A stretch of DNA of 64,000 nucleotides, from assembly GCA_905331295.1 (NCBI GenBank), contig CAJNYD010000034.1, forward strand, positions 310,001 through 374,000, written 5' to 3'. The stretch is from Rotaria socialis (lineage: Eukaryota). This document shows positions 26,945-40,162 of this stretch, one piece after another. A program made the position numbers and the translations under genes. The notes beneath the pieces were generated by a model that saw only the letters and a list, made by a program, of their open reading frames with translations, had not been told where the DNA came from and did no database searches. How positions within the stretch are numbered: position 1 is the stretch's first letter; every line of letters begins with the position of its first letter.

Positions 26945-28087
26945 TCATGTCTTAGCCGTCATGTAAGAATCTACTGAAAGTATAACTGCTGATAAAACAA
27001 TCAAAGTAGCTCCAATATAAAACATAAAAGGTCTTGTCAATTGTAAAAATATATATTGTAATATGCACGCATGAACTATATCAAGTGTGCCAAGTATTGA
27101 TAATAGCTGTACACTTTCTCGTTTTAATGCTTTAGCATAGAATGTATTTGTTACTAAATGAAAAAGTCCAATAACAACACCAAATGTAAACATCCATTTC
27201 CATGGATATGGCTCTGGTTGCCAAAATCGTCGAGTAATACTATAAATCAATGCAATAATCAAAGCAAATGCTGTAAAATGAAAATTCATAACAGAATATG
27301 GTTGTTTTGTTTTAACTAATTGTTTTCGTGCAATCATTTGTGTAGCCTTCGTTAATGAGGATATAAAAGCTAAAGTAATTCCTAGATAATAGTAGGTTGA
27401 GATTGTAACTGTAGAAGAGATCATTGTAGTTGAAGAATTTAATATTGTTGAATTTAGTATTGATTGATTAAGTAGATGATTGAAAATTTTCAATAAAGCT
27501 TGAGGTTTCGTAGCGAGCATCAATCCAGTGATCGTCAATATCAATGCAAAAGCATTAATTAGTTTAATGCGATCTTTAAAAACTATAATTGATAAGATTG
27601 CTGCCCAAACAATATATGTATATTTAATAGCATTTAAATCTGACAATGGAAGAAAATAAAATGCTACTAAATATGTTAAATTGGTGCCACTCGACATCAA
27701 TATATTCATTGCACAAGCAAGAGGTTGTCCATTCGTATCGAATAAATTATACTTTTTATAAAAAGTAGCATACAAACCAAATAAAACTGATTGTATTGAA
27801 AATCGCATGATCATTATATCAAACATATCAGCTGGAATCAATTTTAATGCGAACGTACAACAAGCAAATATGAAATTTCCTGTTAACATATACCAAACTC
27901 CCGAATGTTCACGTATTCCATGCCATATAGTTATAAAAATAGATGACGACGATTTTTCATTTGCTGCCGGTACAACATCAGTTAGTATTATTTGAAGAGG
28001 AATTTGTTCGTGTTTTTCAGCCTATGTTAATCAATGTAGTTATATATATTCTAGGCATTATAAAACGAAGAGAGATAAACTTACCAT
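26945..28087 (-). CDS. SLC35G: SLC35G/EamA (DMT superfamily) ~10-TM transporter; first coding exon is ATG only
   Basis: ATG at 28087-28085 followed by donor GTAAGT; intron 28084-28022; exon 2 (28021-26945) is in frame with the 314-aa ORF. Two EamA halves: MRFSIQ...AFYFLPLSDLNAIKYTYIVWAAILSIIVFKDRI and KALKRESVQLLSILGTLDIVHACILQYIFL...IGATLI. Confidence 0.88.
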
Positions 28088-28522
28088 AATTTCAATGATG
28101 AATGAATGAGTGAATGAATGAATTACCTCACTTTTTCTCAATGTTTACACTAGACTAAAAGTAAAAGGAAAAAAAAACGAAATGTATTCAACACACACTG
28201 TTTTTTGCCTCTATAGAAAGAAACAAAACAAACTACTCCGTTTGTACTGTAGCACGAGGAGAGAAAGAAAAGAACCAAATATATTGTCATCTATAGAATA
28301 TATTGTTTGTTGACGGCCGTACGTTCTCATGGAACATTTATTATACTTGCAAGAAAAGATTCCGAGTGCTTTACGCATTACTGCTTCACTATTTATTTCA
28401 AAAAATATGTTTCTTGACGATTTCATCATTCGACGATACTCGATTTATTTTCATTTTAGCAAATGTTTGTGAAATCGTACTTTAGAAGATAAATAAGTAT
28501 GATAAATGTGGCAGACATCCAA

Positions 28523-28812
28523 CGCAGGTTGATCAAAACGGACTCGTTTACGGTTTGTTTATCGACGGTAAACGATGTCAAAACGGTATATTTACGGCAG
28601 TAAATAGGCTGTATTTGCCCGTAATACCTGGTACAGTAATACGGCACCGTAAACAGGACTGAATTTTCATGGTTTACGGCTGCTTGTGCTCCGTACTCTC
28701 ATGACCATACGGTTCGTATTACTGCGCCAGATATTAAGGCAAACTTTCGCCCGGAAAATAGTCGTAAAGTAACCGTAAACGGCCGTATACGGGCCGTACT
28801 GTTTGACCTGGG
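28523..28812. mobile_element. CCCAGGTC-terminal MITE (copy 3, ACGG/CCGT-rich interior)
   Basis: CGCAGGTTGA ... TTGACCTGGG with dense ACGG/CCGTA subterminal-like motifs. Confidence 0.7.
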
Positions 28813-29529
28813 TAACCTAAAAGACTAACCGCTGATTTGTAGACAACAATAGTTTGAATTAAAAGATGCGAGTATCAATTGAGCAAGTGCATTTTAATGA
28901 TTGAATTTATTTATGTACTAGAGATAATATGATATTTGCCTACGTTGGATTTGGTTATGATTTTTGTCTTCAATATATTCACGAACTTATGCATGACTTG
29001 AAAATTCTATTTTCCTTATGAAGACCCTAAAACTTTAACCCAGAAAATGGTTTACATAGAAAATAGTAGTGGAAAATCTCCTATATATTTTCTACATCTA
29101 GTGGTAGACGCCTTGTCGAGTTCTATTGGTTTTATTGCGAACTTTGGAACTTCCAATAGAGAATGGTAACTTATAATGGTGTTCTATTTTTTCCAATTGC
29201 TGTGAAAGTAGTGCCCTCTGTTAGATCTCGATAGTACATAAATTAATAGATGCAAAACAAAACGGCTCTGACAATCATCATGATATGCAGGGATCCCGAT
29301 TTNNNNNNNNNCCGGCCCCCCACAAAATTTAACAAATAAAAAGTTGTTTCTGCGAAAATTTTTGCTATATTTTGGGTTATTCGAAAAGTTTTGATTACAG
29401 TACGTTTGTGTACCGTCAATTACGATGTTTCTTTTCTAGTAAAAATGTTGATTTATGCACTCTGTTGTTAAATGAACATTCTCGTTCTCCAGTTATTCGT
29501 TTCTGTTTGTGACTCCGCTGTTTCATTTT

Positions 29530-29900
29530 CTATTTGTGCCAGAAAATCTGTAGTTTCTACCTTTTACTTCTGTCGAAAAATCTAGCCATTCTATTTATTT
29601 CTGTCAGAAAGTCCACTCACTCTATTTGTTATTTTATTTCTGCGAGGAAGTCTATTCAGTCTATTTGTAGTTTCTGGCAGAAACTCTACTCAGTGTAGTT
29701 TTTATTTCTGGCAGAAACTCTATTCAGTACAGTTTTTACTTCTGGCAGAAAATCTAGCCTTGATATTTGTTATTTCTGCCAGAAACTTCACTCACTCTAT
29801 TTGTTACTTTATTTCTACCGGGAAGTCTATTCAGTCTATTTTTCATGTCTGGCAGAAAGTCTAGCCTTTCTATTTGTTACTTCTGCCAAAAATTTCACCG
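29530..29900. repeat. Degenerate tandem repeat (~35-nt unit around TTTCTGGCAGAAA-CTCTA-TCAGT) inside the hAT element
   Basis: About 10 recurrences of TCTG(G/C)CAGAAA followed by CTA(T/C)TCA or CTAGCC motifs. Confidence 0.8.
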
Positions 29901-30295
29901 CTGTTGGTGGGCGTTCTGAATCTGTCTATTTGATACGCAGTCCCATGTCGTTGAAGCCGTAGATATCTGATATATTCACTATAATCACTTAGTTTCCGAA
30001 TGTTGAATTTTATTAAAGATGACGCCATAAAATTAGTTGTTCGCTAATAAATAACCAACAGGAACATTAATCATACTATATTAGTTAGAGAATGCACTAT
30101 GGAATACTTGTTCAATTTTGTTTTGAACTGCAATGACTACGTTTATACTAAACAGATTGAGTTAGAAAAAAAATATGAAAAAAAATGATAAACGTAGAGA
30201 AATCGCGTCGAAGTGGTGATAACCGTTCGCTTTGACGAAAACTGAGTAGCATGAGATGATATTTATATGTGACATAATTTCAGATTTTTTTAAAT

Positions 30296-30514
30296 ATGAT
30301 TTCAAAAATAGTTCATACAACTAGTTGTACAGTAAAGTGTCCTATTTGTGGAAAATCAATGCTTCTAAAAAACTGGAAAGATCATTGTCGGCAATTTCAT
30401 GCCATGTCACAAACAGCGATTGATTACAAATATTATGAGTTGAAAAGAAATATAGAACAGTCAAATTTAAGTACAGTAACATTAGATGCAACAAAATGTA
30501 ACATTATTTCTTGA
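30296..30514 (+). pseudogene. Truncated zinc-finger ORF within the hAT element (probable transposase N-terminus remnant)
   Basis: CPICGKSMLLKNWKDHCRQFH is a C2H2/BED-like pattern. It is preceded by a TTTCAG acceptor, ends prematurely, and lies between the element's TIRs. Confidence 0.55.
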
Positions 30515-33500
30515 ATCTGATCAATTGAAACAGAAAGATGATGAGTTTTGAAAAAATTTTTTAAATATTACTTTTTATACATATGTTGTTTTTACTTATT
30601 TTTAATTAAAATGAATTTAGATCATCTAAGTTAGATGATAATATTATAAATCAAGGATTTGCTTTTTGACGTATACTGTCTGCCAAAAAAAATATAGTTT
30701 CTGCCAAAATTTAGCCCCCCTCACTTCCAAAAGTAATCGGGAGCCATGATGATATGTGCCTTTTCTTGTAGAATTACGAATTCTCTTTTTCTCTTTATGC
30801 AAGGAATGGTTCGTTCACAACCAATATTTTTCAGTTCATCATTAAATTAAAAAGTTTGTTAATATCTAAGATTAATAAAATTTTAATTAGCTGTTAGGTT
30901 TTTTATCTGAATATACTATATAACTTTGAAAAAATGTTGCTGTTCTATATTCTTAACAAAAATATTTTACACATCTTTATTAGAAAAGTAGATCTATTTG
31001 TGTCAATACCACAGTATAATGTCATATTAAATTTTATCTGCAGTTTTCTGAAAAAATAAACATCTGATTTTATCATAAGCTTTGCTTTTAAAATCGAAAT
31101 AACGTTAATATATTTTTAAAAGAAAAACAGTTTTATCTGCTCTGGTTTACTCAAACTGAAGAAATTAACATAGGGATAGCAGCAGTTTTTGTTTTTGTTT
31201 TAGTATATTTTTTATCTCAGTATGTATTGTGGAGTTTTTTTTAATCCGTTTTTCACAAATGATTAGCTGTCTTAAGTTTCAACACACAAGAAATAGATGT
31301 CAGCTCACAGATAACTGTTTTTCTATGATCAACTGGTGTTTTTAAAAAGAAAGGCTATTCTTTGGTATGCTTAAAAAGAGGTGTGTCTTCTAGACTGCTA
31401 TCAACACTAAAACAATTTGACCTTTCAAGCCATTTCATCATGTTGTCTTTTATGAAGTATTGCTCAGCATTTAATTGATGACATGCCACATGTCGATCAA
31501 ATTTGCTATACATTGGTAAATATCAATTTTTTTGGTTTATTAAAGTCAACAACTAGAGAACGATTTCGTCTCTCAAGGTCTTTCATCGGCATTGAATGCT
31601 AATTCTTTGTCATTTTGGAATAGCATTCATATATACGTATATATAAATGATATATTTTTAAGTATTTGATTTCATGTAAACGCTCATTCATAGAAACAAT
31701 CGCATCAATACGGTCGATAAAACATGAATCTTTTACTTTAGTAACAACACTATTGGTAGATCAGACAACAGTAAATTAGACCAAAATATTTTTCCGACAT
31801 CTTTTCTCATTGTTTTTGGATGAACTTCAATACAAGATTCAGCAAAAAAGCATAATACAATTTTGTGACGCACATAGTTTGATTTATTTTATTACGCCAA
31901 TCAACTCTACGATTGGTAGCAAGCGTGTAAACGTTGTTTTTGGACGAGTTTGTTCATAAACACAACTTCTATTGACATTTTCTTAAGACATTGTCTTCCT
32001 TTTGATTGTTTTAACAACTGATTGACTATGCTAATTGTAATCGCGTCACGTCAGGCTTTATTCTAATAGACTGATAAGCGGCTACTTTACATAAGAAGTA
32101 AGTCTAACAAAGTATAACTTTTTTTTGTATTGTCATTAAATTATATCTTCAGGTTCAAATTTTTATATTTACATAGAATCTTTTCTTTTTGTATTTATGA
32201 CTAAATACTTTTGAATAATAACAATGTTGTCTTAGAACAAAGCGTTTATTCGAAGAAAGAACTCCAATAAACACGAAACCTAAAAATAGCTCACTAATAC
32301 AAAGACTCCTGTAAAAATATTCTTAGATGTATACAATGCGTTTGTTTCAAAAAAATTGGTAGACATTAATATGTTATCTGGTTATTTTTCTAATCTCGGC
32401 ATCATTCTGCATGAATCTTTGTATCAAGAATTTTTATTATGTTTAAAAAGATTAATTGTACAATACACTTAAGAATACTATATTCGAAATGGTAGAGCTT
32501 TATGAAAGCAAATGTTTTGTATCTCAAAAAGACTTTTTGGTTAGCATGCATAGTTCTTGTTGTGCTATTCAAAGATGAGATTCCTTCTCTGATGTTTTTC
32601 TTCCTGTATAATTTATGATGCTTTGAACTTTTGCTCATAAAATTAATGTCGCAAGAAAAAACTTGCCACACAGTCAACGTAACAGCAATTGATTGCTTTA
32701 CGAATATCATTCTGATATTGACTTCAAAAACAATTCTTTATAGTCAATCTATTTGCCGAAACTACTAGTCTAGCAATGTAATGATCGATATATTGAAAAT
32801 AGAAATTATATTCAAGGCCAACTCATATTCATTTGTCGTATTCAATGATCAAAATGATATTTCTGTAAAGTTCTAGAAGATTTCCGAAGACTTTTACTGT
32901 CATATTCAATGATTATTAGATGTTATTGGCATACAGCGAAAAAAAAATCGTTTCGCTCGAGTTACTCTAACCTATTAATAATATATTTTTGATTGTATTA
33001 CTTTATCATTGTACTTGATGGAATAGTATGCGACATGTCCTAGATCATTAATATTCCTATTTTCTTCCCATGAAATCTGATAAATAATATCGCATAGTCA
33101 ACTCCAATCAGACAAGATATTTTCGATCTAGACTAATAGTCATGATGGATGAAAATTCTTGATAGGAACGACTGCCATAGAGAAAGAAAAGGGCAATACT
33201 GCCAAATATTCAACAAGCTAGAGATCTATAAGATAGAAACTCTCAAAATATAAACATTCTTCATATCAGTCACATTAATATGCTAATTGAATTGTTTTCT
33301 GTACCAGATTATCTTAATAAAATATTCGTCACGTATCACAAGAATGCATGTATTTATCCCTCAAATTTTTAACTAAAATTTTACTAGAAAACGAATTACA
33401 GATCATTATTATTAGAATCTTGATTAGAAATTCTCAAAATGTTTCTACTTTTGTGTTCTGGCTAAATTTGTGCGTGTTCGATTTTGAATCGATAGAAAAA

Positions 33501-36500
33501 AATGAATAATATGAAAAATTTACAAGATATCATGAGAGAATTAAGTTCACACAAAGAGACCAAAACAGAGACAATACTATTTAAGTATCGTAGTAAATAA
33601 ATAGCAATTTATAGTCTTATAATATACTAGTACTTATTAACTTTAAAGTATAAATTCTATACGACAAATTTCGACTTATCAATCTCATTTGATTCGTATC
33701 TACATTTATATGATTTCTTCTATCAGTGAAAGAAAACTTAATTGCATTAACTCACTCGTCTACGATACGAAGATTAAATTAGAATCCAACTAGAAGACGA
33801 GTAATCGTCGGTTGTCTCGAATAGTATGAAAGATTAATTGTATAATTGACCATAAAATGCTTTCTAATGAGTAGCGGAAGTATAAATGTTACTATTGATG
33901 TATTTATTCATGATGTCAATCAAGACTTTTGAATTTACATAATCTAAAGTAGTCTTACGAAAATTGAATATACAACTAAACTTAAAAAGATAATGTATGC
34001 AATGAATATAAAAATTTATTCCATGTTAAAAGTTGTTTTCATAATAATATTCATATGATTTATTAATAGTGTTTTCTGAAAACTGATACTTTGTATCTAT
34101 TTTCTAGAGAGATAACTATTTAGACGACACATATTTATTCGATTGTATTCAAGTGTTTTTCATTGATATTCACTTCAGATTCAATAAGTTATAATCTTAA
34201 TTAGTGTTTGAGTTAAAGACACAAAACAAAAACTGGGACAGTGATTAAGAACGCTCCATATCTTTCAAGGAGAAGCCATTGAAATATGTAGTAAGAATGC
34301 TCAGTGCCTGGAGATGTGATCATGGCAGTCACATTAGTTGTACTAACTGGAAGAAAAAAAGATATTGTATCTATCGGCAATGAGTATACTTTTTTTCAGC
34401 ACGCCCCTTCACGGCGCGAGTCTGACTAGACAAGCGACAAGGACGCTTCTCGCTTGTGTAAACACATACCAATTTCACTTCAATCCATTCTTTTCTTACT
34501 ATCCGCATGTAAAGATTTAAAAAAGCGTGAACAATTTTCATGGGCAAGATCCATTGTATTCTTTTTTTCTTTTTGTTGTTGTTAGAGCTTCCTGGATGTC
34601 GCGACAGTCGTTATCATCACGCTCATTATAGTAAGATATAACATAAATAGGAGTGTCGGTCGCTGTTCTTTTTGAAACATGAGAAAAAAGAGAAGATGGA
34701 AACGGATTTTCTAATTATCTTTTTTTTATTATCCTATTCTCTTTCTTCATCTTACAGTTGAAATGAAAGTTGACCGTTCTTATTTTGATTGAATAAATGA
34801 CAAGTCATCATATTTTTTAATTAACATAGGTATCAAATAGATTGAAATCACTATCGACACATGGTGACAATGATGAGTTGTCAAATAAGCGAAACAAAAA
34901 ATAGGAAAAATTTTTCACTTTTCTCTGACAGACCTTCTTCAATTCGATTAGCAATCAAAAGAAGAGAAATACTTCATGCCGAGCTCATATATGTATACAT
35001 ATATTCAAGAATAGCTTGCCAGTTGGCTCAATCATATACATTGCTCTTATGTTTACAATGCATGATAAAAATATTTGCTCGAGTGAATGACAACAAAATG
35101 ATGACCATTCGTTTATTAAGATCAAATTACACATATGTACTGATTTAAAAATATCTCGATAAAGGAAACTTTCAGTTAGATGTAAAGTGATAATATAAAA
35201 CTATCTTTTAATCATATGTTTCTAAGAGAAAAAAAAAGAGGACAATTTTCTCCATTTAAAAGTTAGTCAGACAAGCGGAAGTGGATGAATGTAAAAGCCT
35301 TGACGACATGGGCGACGTATGATTTATCGACGTGTCTTCGTTACTATCATTAATGATGGCGCCGGCACTTTACAATTTTTTTGTTTAATTTAGACAATTG
35401 AGTTGACACATACAGATGGTTAGCATTCTTCGAAATCAAACACGAAAGCTCATGCTTGTCTCGTCTTACTAACTATAATTATATTTGAATGATAATGGAC
35501 ATAAACGAATACAAGTAATAAATCAAAATAGGAAGTGGACTTTTTTTCTCGCCAGATAAGAATGTTAGAGTACATACTCGTATACATATCTTTTTTCGTC
35601 TTCTATTAGAAATAGACATGCGATGTCCACTTTAAATTCTTGAATACTAACATTGCCACCTTACTAATGGACTGCAAATAGGACCGAATAGAAAGAAAGA
35701 AAAAATGCGTCATACATATCATAATAGCTATTGTTAGCTACTATGAATAAACGAGTTGAATTTCTGATATTGCATATATGATGTATAGAGAACAAGAGAG
35801 ACAAGAACTACAATGGATGTTTAATTGTCTGCAACAAGTTCATTTGACAGAATATGATAAAGAAATTAGATCTGACACAATCCTTGATTTATCTTTTCAC
35901 ATTCAGCGTTCTCTGTCGTTGTTGACATCAGTGACAGCCTTTAATGGATGAACTGATGATTAGATTTCGGCTGAACAGTTGCACTTGTATTTCTTATTTC
36001 TTTGTTATTTGCTTACTGATGTGTTTTGATTAGAGTCTATGTTTCAAACAATGTTGAATAATCAACTAGCACCGATTCTAATGTTCATTCATTGGAGAAG
36101 TTTTTTTTTATACGAGACTTTAATACGATATAGAAAAAATCCTGATGAGAGGTGTCATCATTCTCATCATCACCACGACAGCAATGTTATTTTAAATTTA
36201 AGTCTCAAGAGAATAAAAAAAAACGATCAGAATAGATAACTGACTGAACATAATCATTCAACTTGACTAGAACTATTATTGGAATCGCCAACTCATTCGA
36301 GTTTGATTATTCAAGCATGATTGCTCAAGCAGACAATACGTTTATCATTCTACACAATAACTTGTGTGTATATTTATGACATGGAGATGATTAGCTCATC
36401 GGTTAGCTTGTATTTTGCGATAAATTGGCATTTAAGTGATCCCTTATTGAACAGCAGCACACGTAATCTACTTGGTCAGCAAGATACTTCCTTCCTTCAA

Positions 36501-36529
36501 CATTCATATCTTTTTCTTCCTATTCTTTT

Positions 36530-36602
36530 ACTCTCTCCTTCTCTCCTGCTCTCTCTCTCTCTCTCTCTCTCTCCTCTCTTTCTCTCTTTCTCTTTTCTTC
36601 TT
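36530..36602 (+). repeat. (CT)n microsatellite / polypyrimidine tract upstream of the protocadherin gene
   Basis: A run of CT units with interruptions. Confidence 0.85.
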
Positions 36603-36827
36603 TATTAACATTTTTCATTTGTTGAATAGACATTCGTTGATCACTGAGTAGACATAACTCGTACGTATCGGAATCTCGTTGAAATGATGGCATTTTAAGA
36701 TAGGTATAAAAAAATTTCTTAGAGCTTTACTCTAAATCAAAGATTATGAGCAACGATCATAACGACTATCGAATCGTTACTAGTTATTTATTTTTCTTTT
36801 ATAGATTTTTTGATCGACAAAAAACAA

Positions 36828-39800
36828 ATGATGATACGTATTTTCATTCTATTTAATATCTACTATATTTCATTGACATTATCATCACGTTTAAAATATC
36901 GTGAATCAGTAACAGAAAACGTTGAGTTATATCATACAATAACATCCCTCGACAAAATGATTTCTGTGAATTATCAACAATCAATTGAATTTTTAAATAT
37001 AAATTCACCTTATACAACCTATTTTCTTGTTGATGGACAAAAATTACGTACTAGTCGCTTAATTGATCGTGAAGAATTTTGTCGAATTAAATTATGTGAA
37101 AATTCTCAATGTCATCCATGTGAAATTTATATGGATTTTGTTTTGAAAGAAAATGGTCAACCTCGAGATATAATTTCATTAATATTAACAATCGAAGATG
37201 TTAACGAATATCGACCACAATTTTCAGATAATTCAAGAAACGATCAAACTATTCACTTGAATATTAGTGAAGGCGTGCCTGGTATGTATGTTTGTTGCAC
37301 AACAAAAATGACCTTTTATGCGCGAATTCATGACATTCTGACGACTAATTGAGATCTAGTAAAGGACGTTGTGAATGAATTTTCTTCGAATCTTATAATG
37401 AGAATAATTATGTATACAAATATTTGCCTTTTTAGTTGGACATATTTTACCCATTCCAAGCGCAACAGACAAAGATGGTGAAGATGATGAACTGGTTTAT
37501 TGGATTGATAAAAATAAAAAGATTCCATTTGAACTTGTTTCATTTGGTTCGAATCAAATTGGTATAAATCCATACAGACATATATATATTCTCTATACTT
37601 CTTTGTGTTTTTATTTTGGTGTAGCTTTGAACGTTACGGGACCGTTAGATCGTGAACTAGAAGATTTTTATGAACTTCAGTTAACAGCTAGCGATCGAGA
37701 AAATCTTACGACAACAATATCTGTTCATATCTCTATAAGTGATATAAATGATAATGTTCCCATATTTGATCAAGTAAATCCATATATAATCAATATTTCT
37801 GAAAATACTCAACCATCCTTGACGAAATCTCTTCTTCGTATTCATGCATTTGATAATGATTCGAATGACAATAGTCGTATAACATACAATTTTAGTTCAC
37901 AAGTTAGCGAATTAATTCGTCAAACATTTCAATTAAATAGTCAAACAGGAGAATTATTTCTTCTTCAAGCGCTTGATTATGAACAATATAAAGAATATCG
38001 TATGCCAATAAAAGCACAAGATTCAGGTCCCGTATCAGTACCTGTTTACACATTGGTTATTATCAATATTGAAGATGAAAATGATAATAAGCCAGTAACA
38101 AATATTCGTACATCAGAATATTTTCAATTTAACAATAATACATTATATATCAGTGAAGAAACACCTATAAATACGCTATTAATGCACGTAATCGTACAAG
38201 ATTTAGATTCAAATTTAAATGGTAAAGTTCAATGTTGGATTGAATCATCAGATTATTTAAAATTAAATATAACAAATGCGTTAAATAATATGTTTTCGAT
38301 TTATACATCACAATTATTTGATCGTGAACAACAATCAACTTACAGTTTTCATTTAATAATTGAAGATTTCGGTTTGAAAATTCGTCATAGAGTAAAACAT
38401 GATCTTCGATTAGTTATAAATGATATAAATGATAATCCACCAATATTTATTCAATCATATTATAATTTAACAATTGAAGAAGAACAAGACTATGAACAAG
38501 CATTGATAAGATTTGAAGCTAACGACAAAGATTTAAATGAGAGTAGCCAAATCACGTATGAATTAATGTCGAATGAATATAAATATTTATTTTATTTAAA
38601 TGAAGACACAGGTGAATTATTTTTACGCGAAAAACTTGATCGAGAAATAAAATCTCATTATGATTTAATTGTACGAGCACATGATCATGGAAAATATCCA
38701 TCACAATTACATACCGATGTAATTTGTTATATAAAAATTTTAGATAAAAATGAATATAAACCAGAATTTGAAAAAGAAATGTATTTATTTCATGGCATTA
38801 GTGAAACAATATCAATTAATACGTCAATTGGTTTTGTTAAAGCAATTGATCGTGATAAAAATTTAATTATCTATTCAATATCATCGTCAAATTTCAAAAT
38901 TGATTCATTGACAGGTGAAATATTTGTTAATAAACAACTTGATTATGATGCAAATGATTCGTGTGAAAATTTATTTGTAACAGCGAAAAATCAAGATGGA
39001 TTAAATTCTAGTTGTCCTGTTGAAATATGTCTTCAACCAATAAATGAATATCCACCAGAATTACATATTGAATCTCGTTTAATTTATGTTAATATTGATA
39101 ATACTAGTTTCATACATATGCATGCATTTGATCGGGATCGTTCACCATTAAGTTTTCTTTCGTTTCGACTGGAAAAATCGTCGAAATGTAATTTAACATG
39201 TTCATCGAATGGAACTATCTATATGGATAAAAATGAACATTGCATTGGTATTATTGATCTGTTCGTATCAATTGATGATAATGATCGATATCCATCATCG
39301 AAAACAACTAATGAAACAATACGTCTAGTTTTCTATTCCAACATAATATCATTGCAACAAATACTTTTTTCATCAAATTATAAATTTACAATTGAAATAA
39401 TCATTATCACTATTATATTAATATTAATTATATGTATTTTTTGTCTGATTGTATATGTTGTATATAGACATCGTAGACAAATATCATTAAGTAAATCAAC
39501 ACAATTGAATAATATTAAAGATCAAATTGGTTTTACAGAGGTAAGTTAAATAATTAGACAATAGAAAATAGTTGTCAAATGAAATGAGAAAAATTATTAA
39601 CTGAAATTACGCTTCTCTTTCTCTCTCGCTCAATATCTCGTTAGAGTTTTTAATTGAATTGAATTTCTTTTTTTTTTAGAATCATGGTTTACTGAATGAT
39701 GGTCCTGTAGATGTGACTAATATTAAATTAAAACCAAATACAAATAGTGATACAAGTTCGTCATTCAATGATTCATGTTATGGTTCATCAGAAACCGATG

Positions 39801-40162
39801 TATATCATCATTTATCGGGAAATAAATTGGCCGGAAAGATTCTTATATCATCTAACGATAAATATATTATTCTATGCAAAGATCAAAATAATATAAATCA
39901 TGATGAGACAAATTCATCATCATCTTCATCATCACCAAATGGTAATAATAATTCTAATCTTATAACAAGATATCAATCAAACAATCGTACAGGAATCGTA
40001 CAAGCTTATCATACACAAATAAAATCTCCAAATCAAAATTTAGAATTTTTTCAAAATAATAATGAATTAAAGAAAGTGACTGGTTCAACAGCAACAACAA
40101 CAACAACAACAACAACATTTAATTATCGAAATAATACTCCATTGAATGAATATTACCTTTAA
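36828..40162 (+). CDS. PCDH: Protocadherin-like protein (signal peptide, ~7 cadherin repeats, TM, cytoplasmic tail); 4 coding exons
   Basis: Exons ~36828-37281, 37436-37561, 37625-39540, 39680-40162. EC1 has IDREEFC..C..C..C; linkers DVNEYRP, DINDNVP, DENDNKP, DINDNPP, DKNEYKP, PINEYPP; LDRE/LDYE motifs; TM IIIITIILILIICIFCLIVYVVY followed by RHRR. Confidence 0.9.

Larger units (their letters stand above)
29288..30748 (+). mobile_element. Non-autonomous hAT-like element (~1.46 kb, contains an assembly gap) with internal tandem repeats and a truncated Zn-finger ORF
   Basis: TIRs CAGGGATCCCGATT / AATCGGGAGCCATG (2 mismatches in 14); perfect 8-bp TSD ATGATATG (29280-29287, 30749-30756); N-run at ~29303-29311. 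Confidence 0.85.

Noticed and set aside
29530..29900. Regularly spaced near-palindromic repeats resembling a CRISPR array
   Set aside because: The inter-repeat segments are similar to each other, there are no cas genes, the context is eukaryotic, and the array lies inside a TSD-bounded transposon.
36140..36175. CTGATGA as a possible hammerhead core
   Set aside because: No helix II plus GAAA plus cleavage triplet follows.
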